Origin: Eledone cirrhosa
Taxonomy: Eukaryota
Assembly: GCA_964016885.1 (NCBI GenBank)
Contig: OZ024758.1
Span: 38,936,001 to 39,000,000 of the forward strand
Direction: 5' to 3'
Length of the DNA: 64,000 bases
Part shown: piece by piece, positions 39,801-52,200 of the stretch
Layout of the letters: each line of letters begins with the position of its first letter
How positions within the stretch are numbered: the first letter of the stretch is position 1
Program-made: the position numbers and the translations under genes
Notes under the pieces: generated by a model
What the model was told of the DNA's origin: nothing
Databases searched by the model: none
Seen by the model: only the letters and a program-made list of their open reading frames with translations

Positions 39801-42800
39801 GTCAGAAGTAACTCCACTGTTGGTGAGAATTCATTTAAGTTCATGGTATTAGTTTGTCAGAAGTAACTCCACTGTTGGTGAGAATTCATTTAAGTCATGG
39901 TATTAGTTGTCAGAAGTAACTCCAATGTTGGTGAGAATTCATTTAAGCCATGGTACTAGCTGTCAGAAGTAACTCCACTGTTGGTGAGAATTCATTTAAG
40001 TTCATGGTATTAGCTGACAGAAGGAACGCCACTGTTGGTGAGAATTCATTTAAGTTCATGGTATTAGCTGTCAGAAGTAACTCCACTGTTGGTGAGAATT
40101 CATTTAAGTTCATGGTACTAGCTGTCAGAAGTAACTCCACTGTTGGTGAGAATTCATTTAAGTTCATGGTATTAGTTTGTCAGAAGTAACTCCACTGATG
40201 GTGAGAATTCATTTAAGTCATGGTATTAGTTGTCAGAAGTAACTCCAATGTTGGTGAGAATTCATTTAAGTTCATGGTACTAGCTGTCAGAATTAACTCC
40301 ACTGTTGGTGAGAATTCATTTAAGTCATGGTATTAGCTGTCAGAAGTAACTCCAATGTTGGTGAGAATTCATTTAAGTTCATGGTATTAGCTGTCAGAAG
40401 TAACTCCACTGTTGGTGAGAATTCATTTAAGTTCATGGTACTAGCTGTCAGAAGTAACTCCAATGTTGGTGAGAATTCATTTAAGTTCATGGTATTAGCT
40501 GTCAGAAGTAACTCCACTGTTGGTGAGAATTCATTTAAGTTCATGGTATTAGCTGTCAGAAGTAACTCCAATGTTGGTGAGAATTCATTTAAGTTCATGG
40601 TATTAGCTGTCAGAAGTAACTCCAATGTTGGTGAGAATTCATTTAAGTTCATGGTATTAGCTGTCAGAAGGAACTCCACTGTTGCTGAGAATTCATTTAA
40701 GTTCATGGTATTAGCTGTCAGAAGTAACTCCACTGTTGGTGACAATTCATTTAAGTTCATGGTACTAGCTGTCAGAAGTAACTCCACTGTTGGTGAGAAT
40801 TCATTTAAGTTCATGGTATTAGCTGTCAGAAGTCACTCCAATGTTGGTGAGAATTCATTTAAGTTCATGGTATTAGCTGTCAGAAGTCACTCCACTGTTG
40901 GTGAGAATTCATTTAAGTTCATGGTACTAGCTGTCAGAAGTAACCCTAATGTTGGTGAGAATTCATTTAAGTTCATGGTATTAGCTGTCAGAAGTCACTC
41001 CAATGTTGGTGAGAATTCATTTAAGTTCATGGTATTAGCTGTCAGAAGTAACTCCACTGTTGGTGAGAATTCATTTAAGTTCATGGTATTAGCTGTCAGA
41101 AGTAACTCCACTGTTGGTGAGAATTCATTTAAGTTCATGGTATTAGCTGTCAGAAGGAACTCCACTGTTGGTGAGAATTCATTTAAGTTCATGGTACTAG
41201 CTGTCAGAAATAACTCCACTGTTGGTGAGAATTCATTTAAGTTCATGGTATTAGCTGTCAGAAGTAACTCCACTGTTGGTGAGAATTCATTTAAGTTCAT
41301 GGTATTAGCTGTCAGAAGGAACTTCACTGTTGGTGAGAATTCATTTAAGTTCATGGTACTAGCTGTCAGAAATAACTCCACTGTTGGTGAGAATTCATTT
41401 AAGTTCATGGTATTAGCTGTCAGAAGTAACTCCACTGTTGGTGAGAATTCATTTAAGTCATGGTATTAGCTGTCAGAAGTAACTCCATTGTTGGTGAGAA
41501 TTCATTTAAGTCATGGTACTAGCTGTCAGAAGTAACTCCAATGTTGGTGAGAATTCATTTAAGTCATGGTACTAGCTGTCAGAAGTAACTCCAATGTTGG
41601 TGAGAATTCATTTAAGTTCATGGTATTAGCTGTCAGAAGGAACTCCACTGTTGGTGAGAATTCATTTAAGTTCATGGTATTAGCTGTCAGAAGTAACTCC
41701 ACTGTTGGTGAGAATTCATTTAAGTTCATGGTATTAGCTGTCAGAAGTAACTCCACTGTTGGTGAGAATTCATTTAAGTTCATGGTACTAGCTGTCAGAA
41801 GTAACTCCAATGTTGGTGAGAATTCATTTAAGTTCATGGTATTAGCTGTCAGAAGTAACTCCAATGTTGGTGAGAATTCATTTAAGTTCATGGTATTAGC
41901 TGTCAGAAGGAACTCCACTGTTGCTGAGAATTCATTTAAGTTCATGGTATTAGCTGTCAGAAGTAACTCCACTGTTGGTGACAATTCATTTAAGTTCATG
42001 GTACTAGCTGTCAGAAGTAACTCCACTGTTGGTGAGAATTCATTTAAGTTCATGGTATTAGCTGTCAGAAGTCACTCCAATGTTGGTGAGAATTCATTTA
42101 AGTTCATGGTATTAGCTGTCAGAAGTCACTCCACTGTTGGTGAGAATTCATTTAAGTTCATGGTACTAGCTGTCAGAAGTAACCCTAATGTTGGTGAGAA
42201 TTCATTTAAGTTCATGGTATTAGCTGTCAGAAGTCACTCCAATGTTGGTGAGAATTCATTTAAGTTCATGGTATTAGCTGTCAGAAGTAACTCCACTGTT
42301 GGTGAGAATTCATTTAAGTTCATGGTATTAGCTGTCAGAAGTAACTCCACTGTTGGTGAGAATTCATTTAAGTTCATGGTATTAGCTGTCAGAAGGAACT
42401 CCACTGTTGGTGAGAATTCATTTAAGTTCATGGTACTAGCTGTCAGAAATAACTCCACTGTTGGTGAGAATTCATTTAAGTTCATGGTATTAGTTTGTCA
42501 GAAGTAACTCCACTGTTGGTGAGAATTCATTTAAGTCATGGTATTAGTTGTCAGAAGTAACTCCAATGTTGGTGAGAATTCATTTAAGCCATGGTACTAG
42601 CTGTCAGAAGTAACTCCAATGTTGGTGAGAATTCATTTAAGTTCATGGTATTAGCTGTCAGAACGAACTCCACTGTTGGTGAAAATTCATTTAAGTTCAT
42701 GGTATTAGCTGTCAGAAGTAACTCCACTGTTGGTGAGAATTCATTTAAGTTCATGGTACTAGCTGTCAGAAGTAACTCCAATGTTGGTGAGAATTCATTT

Positions 42801-45800
42801 AAGTTCATGGTATTAGCTGTCAGAAGTAACTCCACTGTTGGTGAGAGTTCATTTAAGTCATGGTATTAGCTGTCAGAAGTAACTCCAATGTTGGTGAGAA
42901 TTCATTTAAGTTCATGGTACTAGCTGTCAGAAATAACTCCACTGTTGGTGAGAATTCATTTAAGTTCATGGTATTAGTTTGTCAGAAGTAACTCCACTGT
43001 TGGTGAGAATTCATTTAAGTCATGGTATTAGTTGTCAGAAGTAACTCCAATGTTGGTGAGAATTCATTTAAGCCATGGTACTAGCTGTCAGAAGTAACTC
43101 CAATGTTGGTGAGAATTCATTTAAGTTCATGGTATTAGCTGTCAGAACGAACTCCACTGTTGGTGAAAATTCATTTAAGTTCATGGTATTAGCTGTCAGA
43201 AGTAACTCCACTGTTGGTGAGAATTCATTTAAGTTCATGGTACTAGCTGTCAGAAGTAACTCCAATGTTGGTGAGAATTCATTTAAGTTCATGGTATTAG
43301 CTGTCAGAAGTAACTCCACTGTTGGTGAGAGTTCATTTAAGTCATGGTATTAGCTGTCAGAAGTAACTCCAATGTTGGTGAGAATTCATTTAAGTTCATG
43401 GTATTAGCTGTCAGAATTAACTCCACTGTTGGTGAGAATTCATTTAAGTTCATGGTATTAGCTGTCAGAAGTAACTCCATTGTTGGTGAGAATTCATTTA
43501 AGTTCATGGTACTAGCTGTCAGAAGTAACTCCACTGTTGGTGAGAATTCATTTAAGTTCATGGTATTAGTTTGTCAGAAGTAACTCCACTGTTGGTGAGA
43601 ATTCATTTAAGTCATGGTATTAGTTGTCAGAAGTAACTCCAATGTTGGTGAGAATTCATTTAAGTTCATGGTATTAGCTGTCAGAAGGAACTCCACTGTT
43701 GGTGAGAATTCATTTAAGTTCATGGTATTTGCTGTCAGAAGGAACTCCAATGTTGGTGAGAATTCATTTAAGTCATGGTACTAGCTGTCAGAAGTAACTC
43801 CACTGTTGGTGAGAATTCATTTAAGTTCATGGTATTAGCTGTCAGAAGGAACTCCACTGTTGGTGAGAATTCATTTAAGTTCATGGTACTAGCTGTCAGA
43901 AGTAAATCCACTGTTGGTGAGAATTCATTTAAGTTCATGGTATTAGTTTGTCAGAAGTAACTCCACTGTTGGTGAGAATTCATTTAAGTCATGGTATTAG
44001 TTGTCAGAAGTAACTCCAATGTTGGTGAGAATTCATTTAAGCCATGGTACTAGCTGTCAGAAGTAACTCCAATGTTGGTGAGAATTCATTTAATTTCATG
44101 GTATTAGCTGTCAGAACGAACTCCACTGTTGGTGAGAATTCATTTAAGTTCATGGTATTAGCTCTCAGAAGTAACTCCACTGTTGGTGAGAGTTCATTTA
44201 AGTCATGGTATTAGCTGTCAGAAGTAACTCCAATGTTGGTGAGAATTCATTTAAGTTCATGGTATTAGCTGTCAGAAGTAACGCCACAGTTGGTGAGAAT
44301 TCATTTAAGTTCATGGTATTAGCTGTCAGAAGTAACTCCACTGTTGGTGAGAGTTCATTTAAGTTCATGGTACTAGCTGTCAGAAGTAACTCCACTGTTG
44401 GTGAGAATTCATTTAAGTTCATGGTATTAGTTTGTCAGAAGTAACTCCACTGTTGGTGATAATTCATTTAAGTCATGGTATTAGTTGTCAGATGTAACTC
44501 CAATGTTGGTGAGAATTCATTTAAGTTCATGGTATTAGCTGTCAGAAGGAACTCCACTGTTGGTGAGAATTCATTTAAGTTCATGGTATTAGCTGTCAGA
44601 AGGAACTCCAATGTTGGTGAGAATTCATTTAAGTCATGGTACTAGCTGTCAGAAGTAACTCCACTGTTGGTGAGAATTCATTTAAGTTCATGGTATTAGC
44701 TGTCAGAAGGAACTCCACTGTTGGTGAGAATTCATTTAAGTTCATGGTACTAGCTGTCAGAAGTAACTCCACTGTTGGTGAGAATTCATTTAAGTTCATG
44801 GTATTAGTTTGTCAGAAGTAACTCCACTGTTGGTGAGAATTCATTTAAGTCATGGTATTAGTTGTCAGAAGTAACTCCAATGTTGGTGAGAATTCATTTA
44901 AGCCATGGTACTAGCTGTCAGAAGTAACTCCACTGTTGGTGAGAATTCATTTAAGTTCATGGTATTAGCTGACAGAAGGAACGCCACTGTTGGTGAGAAT
45001 TCATTTAAGTTCATGGTATTAGCTGTCAGAAGTAACTCCACTGTTGGTGAGAATTCATTTAAGTTCATGGTACTAGCTGTCAGAAGTAACTCCACTGTTG
45101 GTGAGAATTCATTTAAGTTCATGGTATTAGTTTGTCAGAAGTAACTCCACTGATGGTGAGAATTCATTTAAGTCATGGTATTAGTTGTCAGAAGTAACTC
45201 CAATGTTGGTGAGAATTCATTTAAGTTCATGGTACTAGCTGTCAGAATTAACTCCACTGTTGGTGAGAATTCATTTAAGTCATGGTATTAGCTGTCAGAA
45301 GTAACTCCAATGTTGGTGAGAATTCATTTAAGTTCATGGTATTAGCTGTCAGAAGTAACTCCACTGTTGGTGAGAATTCATTTAAGTTCATGGTACTAGC
45401 TGTCAGAAGTAACTCCAATGTTGGTGAGAATTCATTTAAGTTCATGGTATTAGCTGTCAGAAGTAACTCCACTGTTGGTGAGAATTCATTTAAGTTCATG
45501 GTATTAGCTGTCAGAAGTAACTCCAATGTTGGTGAGAATTCATTTAAGTTCATGGTATTAGCTGTCAGAAGTAACTCCAATGTTGGTGAGAATTCATTTA
45601 AGTTCATGGTATTAGCTGTCAGAAGGAACTCCACTGTTGCTGAGAATTCATTTAAGTTCATGGTATTAGCTGTCAGAAGTAACTCCACTGTTGGTGACAA
45701 TTCATTTAAGTTCATGGTACTAGCTGTCAGAAGTAACTCCACTGTTGGTGAGAATTCATTTAAGTTCATGGTATTAGCTGTCAGAAGTCACTCCAATGTT

Positions 45801-46200
45801 GGTGAGAATTCATTTAAGTTCATGGTATTAGCTGTCAGAAGTCACTCCACTGTTGGTGAGAATTCATTTAAGTTCATGGTACTAGCTGTCAGAAGTAACC
45901 CTAATGTTGGTGAGAATTCATTTAAGTTCATGGTATTAGCTGTCAGAAGTCACTCCAATGTTGGTGAGAATTCATTTAAGTTCATGGTATTAGCTGTCAG
46001 AAGTAACTCCACTGTTGGTGAGAATTCATTTAAGTTCATGGTATTAGCTGTCAGAAGTAACTCCACTGTTGGTGAGAATTCATTTAAGTTCATGGTATTA
46101 GCTGTCAGAAGGAACTCCACTGTTGGTGAGAATTCATTTAAGTTCATGGTACTAGCTGTCAGAAATAACTCCACTGTTGGTGAGAATTCATTTAAGTTCA
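36450..46200. repeat. Tandem block duplication, 4955 bp (92 monomers)
   Basis: Nine ORF-track blocks from 36611/41566 to 40327/45282 are offset by 4955. Rare variants AGTAAATCC lie at 38951/43906 and GGTGATAAT at 39505/44460. Confidence 0.93.
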
Positions 46201-49200
46201 TGGTATTAGTTTGTCAGAACTAACTCCACTGTTGGTGAGAATTCATTTAAGTCATGGTATTAGTTGTCAGAAGTAACTCCAATGTTGGTGAGAATTCATT
46301 TAAGCCATGCTACTAGCTGTCAGAAGTAACTCCAATGTTGGTGAGAATTCATTTAAGTTCATGGTATTAGCTGTCAGAACGAACTCCACTGTTGGTGAAA
46401 ATTCATTTAAGTTCATGGTATTAGCTGTCAGAAGTAACTCCACTGTTGGTGAGAATTCATTTAAGTTCATGGTACTAGCTGTCAGAAGTAACTCCAATGT
46501 TGGTGAGAATTCATTTAAGTTCATGGTATTAGCTGTCAGAAGTAACTCCACTGTTGGTGAGAGTTCATTTAAGTCATGGTATTAGCTGTCAGAAGTAACT
46601 CCAATGTTGGTGAGAATTCATTTAAGTTCATGGTATTAGCTCTCAGAAGTAACTCCACTGTTGGTGAGAATTCATTTAAGTTCATGGTATTAGCTGTCAG
46701 AAGTAACTCCACTGTTGGTGAGAATTCATTTAAGTTCATGGTACTAGCTGTCAGAAGTAACTCCACTGTTGGTGAGAATTCATTTAAGTTCATGGTATTA
46801 GTTTGTCAGAAGTAACTCCACTGTTGGTGAGAATTCATTTAAGTCATGGTATTAGTTGTCAGAAGTAACTCCAATGTTGGTGAGAATTCATTTAAGTTCA
46901 TGGTATTAGCTGTCAGAAGGAACTCCACTGTTGGTGAGAATTCATTTAAGTTCATGGTATTAGCTGTCAGAAGGAACTCCAATGTTGGTGAGAATTCATT
47001 TAAGTCATGGTACTAGCTGTCAGAAGTAACTCCACTGTTGGTGAGAATTCATTTAAGTTCATGGTATTAGCTGTCAGAAGGAACTCCACTGTTGGTGAGA
47101 ATTCATTTAAGTTCATGGTACTAGCTGTCAGAAGTAACTCCACTGTTGGTGAGAATTCATTTAAGTTCATGGTATTAGTTTGTCAGAAGTAACTCCACTG
47201 TTGGTGAGAATTCATTTAAGTCATGGTATTAGTTGTCAGAAGTAACTCCAATGTTGGTGAGAATTCATTTAAGCCATGGTACTAGCTGTCAGAAGTAACT
47301 CCAATGTTGGTGAGAATTCATTTAATTTCATGGTATTAGCTGTCAGAACGAACTCCACTGTTGGTGAGAATTCATTTAAGTTCATGGTATTAGCTGTCAG
47401 AAGTAACTCCACTGTTGGTGAGAGTTCATTTAAGTCATGGTATTAGCTGTCAGAAGTAACTCCAATGTTGGTGAGAATTCATTTAAGTTCATGGTATTAG
47501 CTGTCAGAAGTAACGCCACAGTTGGTGAGAATTCATTTAAGTTCATGGTATTAGCTGTCAGAAGTAACTCCACTGTTGGTGAGAGTTCATTTAAGTTCAT
47601 GGTACTAGCTGTCAGAAGTAACTCCACTGTTGGTGAGAATTCATTTAAGTTCATGGTATTAGTTTGTCAGAAGTAACTCCACTGTTGGTGAGAATTCATT
47701 TAAGTCATGGTATTAGTTGTCAGATGTAACTCCAATGTTGGTGAGAATTCATTTAAGTTCATGGTATTAGCTGTCAGAAGGAACTCCACTGTTGGTGAGA
47801 ATTCATTTAAGTTCATGGTATTAGCTGTCAGAAGGAACTCCAATGTTGGTGAGAATTCATTTAAGTCATGGTACTAGCTGTCAGAAGTAACTCCACTGTT
47901 GGTGAGAATTCATTTAAGTTCATGGTATTAGCTGTCAGAAGGAACTCCACTGTTGGTGAGAATTCATTTAAGTTCATGGTACTAGCTGTCAGAAGTAACT
48001 CCACTGTTGGTGAGAATTCATTTAAGTTCATGGTATTAGTTTGTCAGAAGTAACTCCACTGTTGGTGAGAATTCATTTAAGTCATGGTATTAGTTGTCAG
48101 AAGTAACTCCAATGTTGGTGAGAATTCATTTAAGCCATGGTACTAGCTGTCAGAAGTAACTCCACTGTTGGTGAGAATTCATTTAAGTTCATGGTATTAG
48201 CTGACAGAAGGAACGCCACTGTTGGTGAGAATTCATTTAAGTTCATGGTATTAGCTGTCAGAAGTAACTCCACTGTTGGTGAGAATTCATTTAAGTTCAT
48301 GGTACTAGCTGTCAGAAGTAACTCCACTGTTGGTGAGAATTCATTTAAGTTCATGGTATTAGTTTGTCAGAAGTAACTCCACTGATGGTGAGAATTCATT
48401 TAAGTCATGGTATTAGTTGTCAGAAGTAACTCCAATGTTGGTGAGAATTCATTTAAGTTCATGGTACGAGCTGTCAGAAGTAACTCCACTGTTGGTGAGA
48501 ATTCATTTAAGTCATGGTATTAGCTGTCAGAAGTAACTCCAATGTTGGTGAGAATTCATTTAAGTTCATGGTATTAGCTGTCAGAAGTAACTCCGCTGTT
48601 GGTGAGAATTCATTTAAGTTCAAGGTATTAGCTGTCAGAAGTAACTCCACTGTTGGTGAGAATTCATTTAGGTTCATGATATTAGCTGTCAGAAGTAACT
48701 CCACTGTTGGTGAGAATTCATTTAAGTTCATGGTATTAGCTGTCAGAAGGAACTCCAATGTTGGTGAGAATTCATTTAAGTCATGGTACTAGCTGTCAGA
48801 AGTAACTCCACTGTTGGTGAGAATTCATTTAAGTTCATGGTATTAGCTGTCAGAAGGAACGCCACTGTTGGTGAGAATTCATTTAAGTTCATGGTATTAG
48901 CTGTCAGAAGGAACTCCACTGTTGCTGAGAATTCATTTAAGTTCATGGTATTAGCTGTCAGAAGGAACTCCACTGTTGGTGAGAATTCATTTAAGTTCAT
49001 GGTACTAGTTGTCAGAAGTAACTCCACTGTTGGTGAGAATTCATTTATGTCATGGTATTAGCTGTCAGAAGTAACTCCACTGTTGGTGAGAATTCATTTA
49101 TGTTCATGGTATTAGTTTGTCAGAAGTAACTCCACTGTTGGTGAGAATTCATTTAAGTTCATGGTACTAGCTGTCAGAAGTAACTCCACTGTTGGTGAGA

Positions 49201-52200
49201 ATTCATTTAAGTTCATGGTATTAGCTGTCAGAAGTCACTCCAATGTTGGTGAGAATTCATTTAGGTTCATGGTATTAGCTGTCAGAAGTCACTCCACTGT
49301 TGGTGAGAATTCATTTAAGTTCATGGTACTAGCTGTCCGAAGTAACCCCAATGTTCGTGAGAATTCATTTAAGTTCATGGTATTAGCTGTCAGAAGTCAC
49401 TCCAATGTTGGTGAGAATTCATTTAAGTTCATGGTATTAGCTGTCAGAAGTAACTCCACTGTTGGTGAGAATTCATTTAAGTTCATGGTATTAGCTGTCA
49501 GAAGTAACTCCAATGTTGGTGAGAATTTATTTAAGTTCATGGTATTAGCTGTCAGAAGTCACTCCACTGTTGGTGAGAATTCATTTAAGTTCATGGTACT
49601 AGCTGTCAGAAGTAACCCCAATGTTGGTGAGAATTCATTTAAGTTCATGGTATTAGCTGTCAGAAGTCACTCCAATGTTGGTGAGAATTCATTTAAGTTC
49701 ATGGTATTAGCTGTCAGAAGTAACTCCACTGTTGGTGAGAATTCATTTAAGTTCATGGTATTAGCTGTCAGAAGTAACTCCACTGTTGGTGAGAATTCAT
49801 TTAAGTTCATGGTATTAGCTGTCAGAAGTAACTCCACTGTTGGTGAGAATTCATTTAAGTTCATGGTATTAGCTGTTAGATGGAACTCCAATGTTGGTGA
49901 GAATTCATTTAAGTCATGGTACTAGCTGTCAGAAGTAACTCCACTGTTGGTGAGAATTCATTTAAGTTCATGGTATTAGCTGTCAGAAGTCACTCCACTG
50001 TTGGTGAGAATTCATTTAAGTTCATGGTACTAGCTGTCAGAAGTAACTCCAACGTTGGTGAGAATTCATTTAAGTTCATGGTATTAGCTGTCAGAAGTCA
50101 CTCCAATCTTGGTGAGAATTCATTTAAGTTCATGGTATTAGCTGTCAGAAGTAACTCCACTGTTGGTGAGAATTCATTTAAGTTCATGGTATTAGCTGTC
50201 AGAAGTAACTCCACTGTTGGTGAGAATTCATTTAAGTTCATGGTATTAGCTGTCAGAAGGAACTCCAATGTTGGTGAGAATTCATTTAAGTTCATGGTAC
50301 TAGCTGTCAGAAGTAACTCCACTGTTGGTGAGAATTCATTTAAGTTCATGGTACTAGCTGTCAGAAGTAACTCCACTGTTGGTGAGAATTCATTTAAGTT
50401 CATGGTATTAGCTGTCAGAAGTAACTCCACTGTTGCTGAGAATTCATTTAAGTTCATGGTATTAGCTGTCAGAAGTAACTCCACTGTTGGTGACAATTCA
50501 TTTAAGTTCATGGTACTAGCTGTCAGAAGTAACTCCACTGTTGGTGAGAATTCATTTAAGTTCATGGTATTAGCTGTCAGAAGTCACTCCAATGTTGGTG
50601 AGAATTCATTTAAGTTCATGGTATTAGCTGTCAGAAGTCACTCCACTGTTGGTGAGAATTCATTTAAGTTCATGGTACTAGCTGTCAGAAGTAACCCTAA
50701 TGTTGGTGAGAATTCATTTAAGTTCATGGTATTAGCTGTCAGAAGTCACTCCAATGTTGGTGAGAATTCATTTAAGTTCATGGTATTAGCTGTCAGAAGT
50801 AACTCCACTGTTGGTGAGAATTCATTTAAGTTCATGGTATTAGCTGTCAGAAGTAACTCCACTGTTGGTGAGAATTCATTTAAGTTCATGGTATTAGCTG
50901 TCAGAAGGAACTCCACTGTTGGTGAGAATTCATTTAAGTTCATGGTACTAGCTGTCAGAAATAACTCCACTGTTGGTGAGAATTCATTTAAGTTCATGGT
51001 ATTAGTTTGTCAGAACTAACTCCACTGTTGGTGAGAATTCATTTAAGTCATGGTATTAGTTGTCAGAAGTAACTCCAATGTTGGTGAGAATTCATTTAAG
51101 CCATGCTACTAGCTGTCAGAAGTAACTCCAATGTTGGTGAGAATTCATTTAAGTTCATGGTATTAGCTGTCAGAACGAACTCCACTGTTGGTGAAAATTC
51201 ATTTAAGTTCATGGTATTAGCTGTCAGAAGTAACTCCACTGTTGGTGAGAATTCATTTAAGTTCATGGTACTAGCTGTCAGAAGTAACTCCAATGTTGGT
51301 GAGAATTCATTTAAGTTCATGGTATTAGCTGTCAGAAGTAACTCCACTGTTGGTGAGAGTTCATTTAAGTCATGGTATTAGCTGTCAGAAGTAACTCCAA
51401 TGTTGGTGAGAATTCATTTAAGTTCATGGTATTAGCTCTCAGAAGTAACTCCACTGTTGGTGAGAATTCATTTAAGTTCATGGTATTAGCTGTCAGAAGT
51501 AACTCCACTGTTGGTGAGAATTCATTTAAGTTCATGGTACTAGCTGTCAGAAGTAACTCCACTGTTGGTGAGAATTCATTTAAGTTCATGGTATTAGTTT
51601 GTCAGAAGTAACTCCACTGTTGGTGAGAATTCATTTAAGTCATGGTATTAGTTGTCAGAAGTAACTCCAATGTTGGTGAGAATTCATTTAAGTTCATGGT
51701 ATTAGCTGTCAGAAGGAACTCCACTGTTGGTGAGAATTCATTTAAGTTCATGGTATTAGCTGTCAGAAGGAACTCCAATGTTGGTGAGAATTCATTTAAG
51801 TCATGGTACTAGCTGTCAGAAGTAACTCCACTGTTGGTGAGAATTCATTTAAGTTCATGGTATTAGCTGTCAGAAGGAACTCCACTGTTGGTGAGAATTC
51901 ATTTAAGTTCATGGTACTAGCTGTCAGAAGTAACTCCACTGTTGGTGAGAATTCATTTAAGTTCATGGTATTAGTTTGTCAGAAGTAACTCCACTGTTGG
52001 TGAGAATTCATTTAAGTCATGGTATTAGTTGTCAGAAGTAACTCCAATGTTGGTGAGAATTCATTTAAGCCATGGTACTAGCTGTCAGAAGTAACTCCAA
52101 TGTTGGTGAGAATTCATTTAATTTCATGGTATTAGCTGTCAGAACGAACTCCACTGTTGGTGAGAATTCATTTAAGTTCATGGTATTAGCTGTCAGAAGT

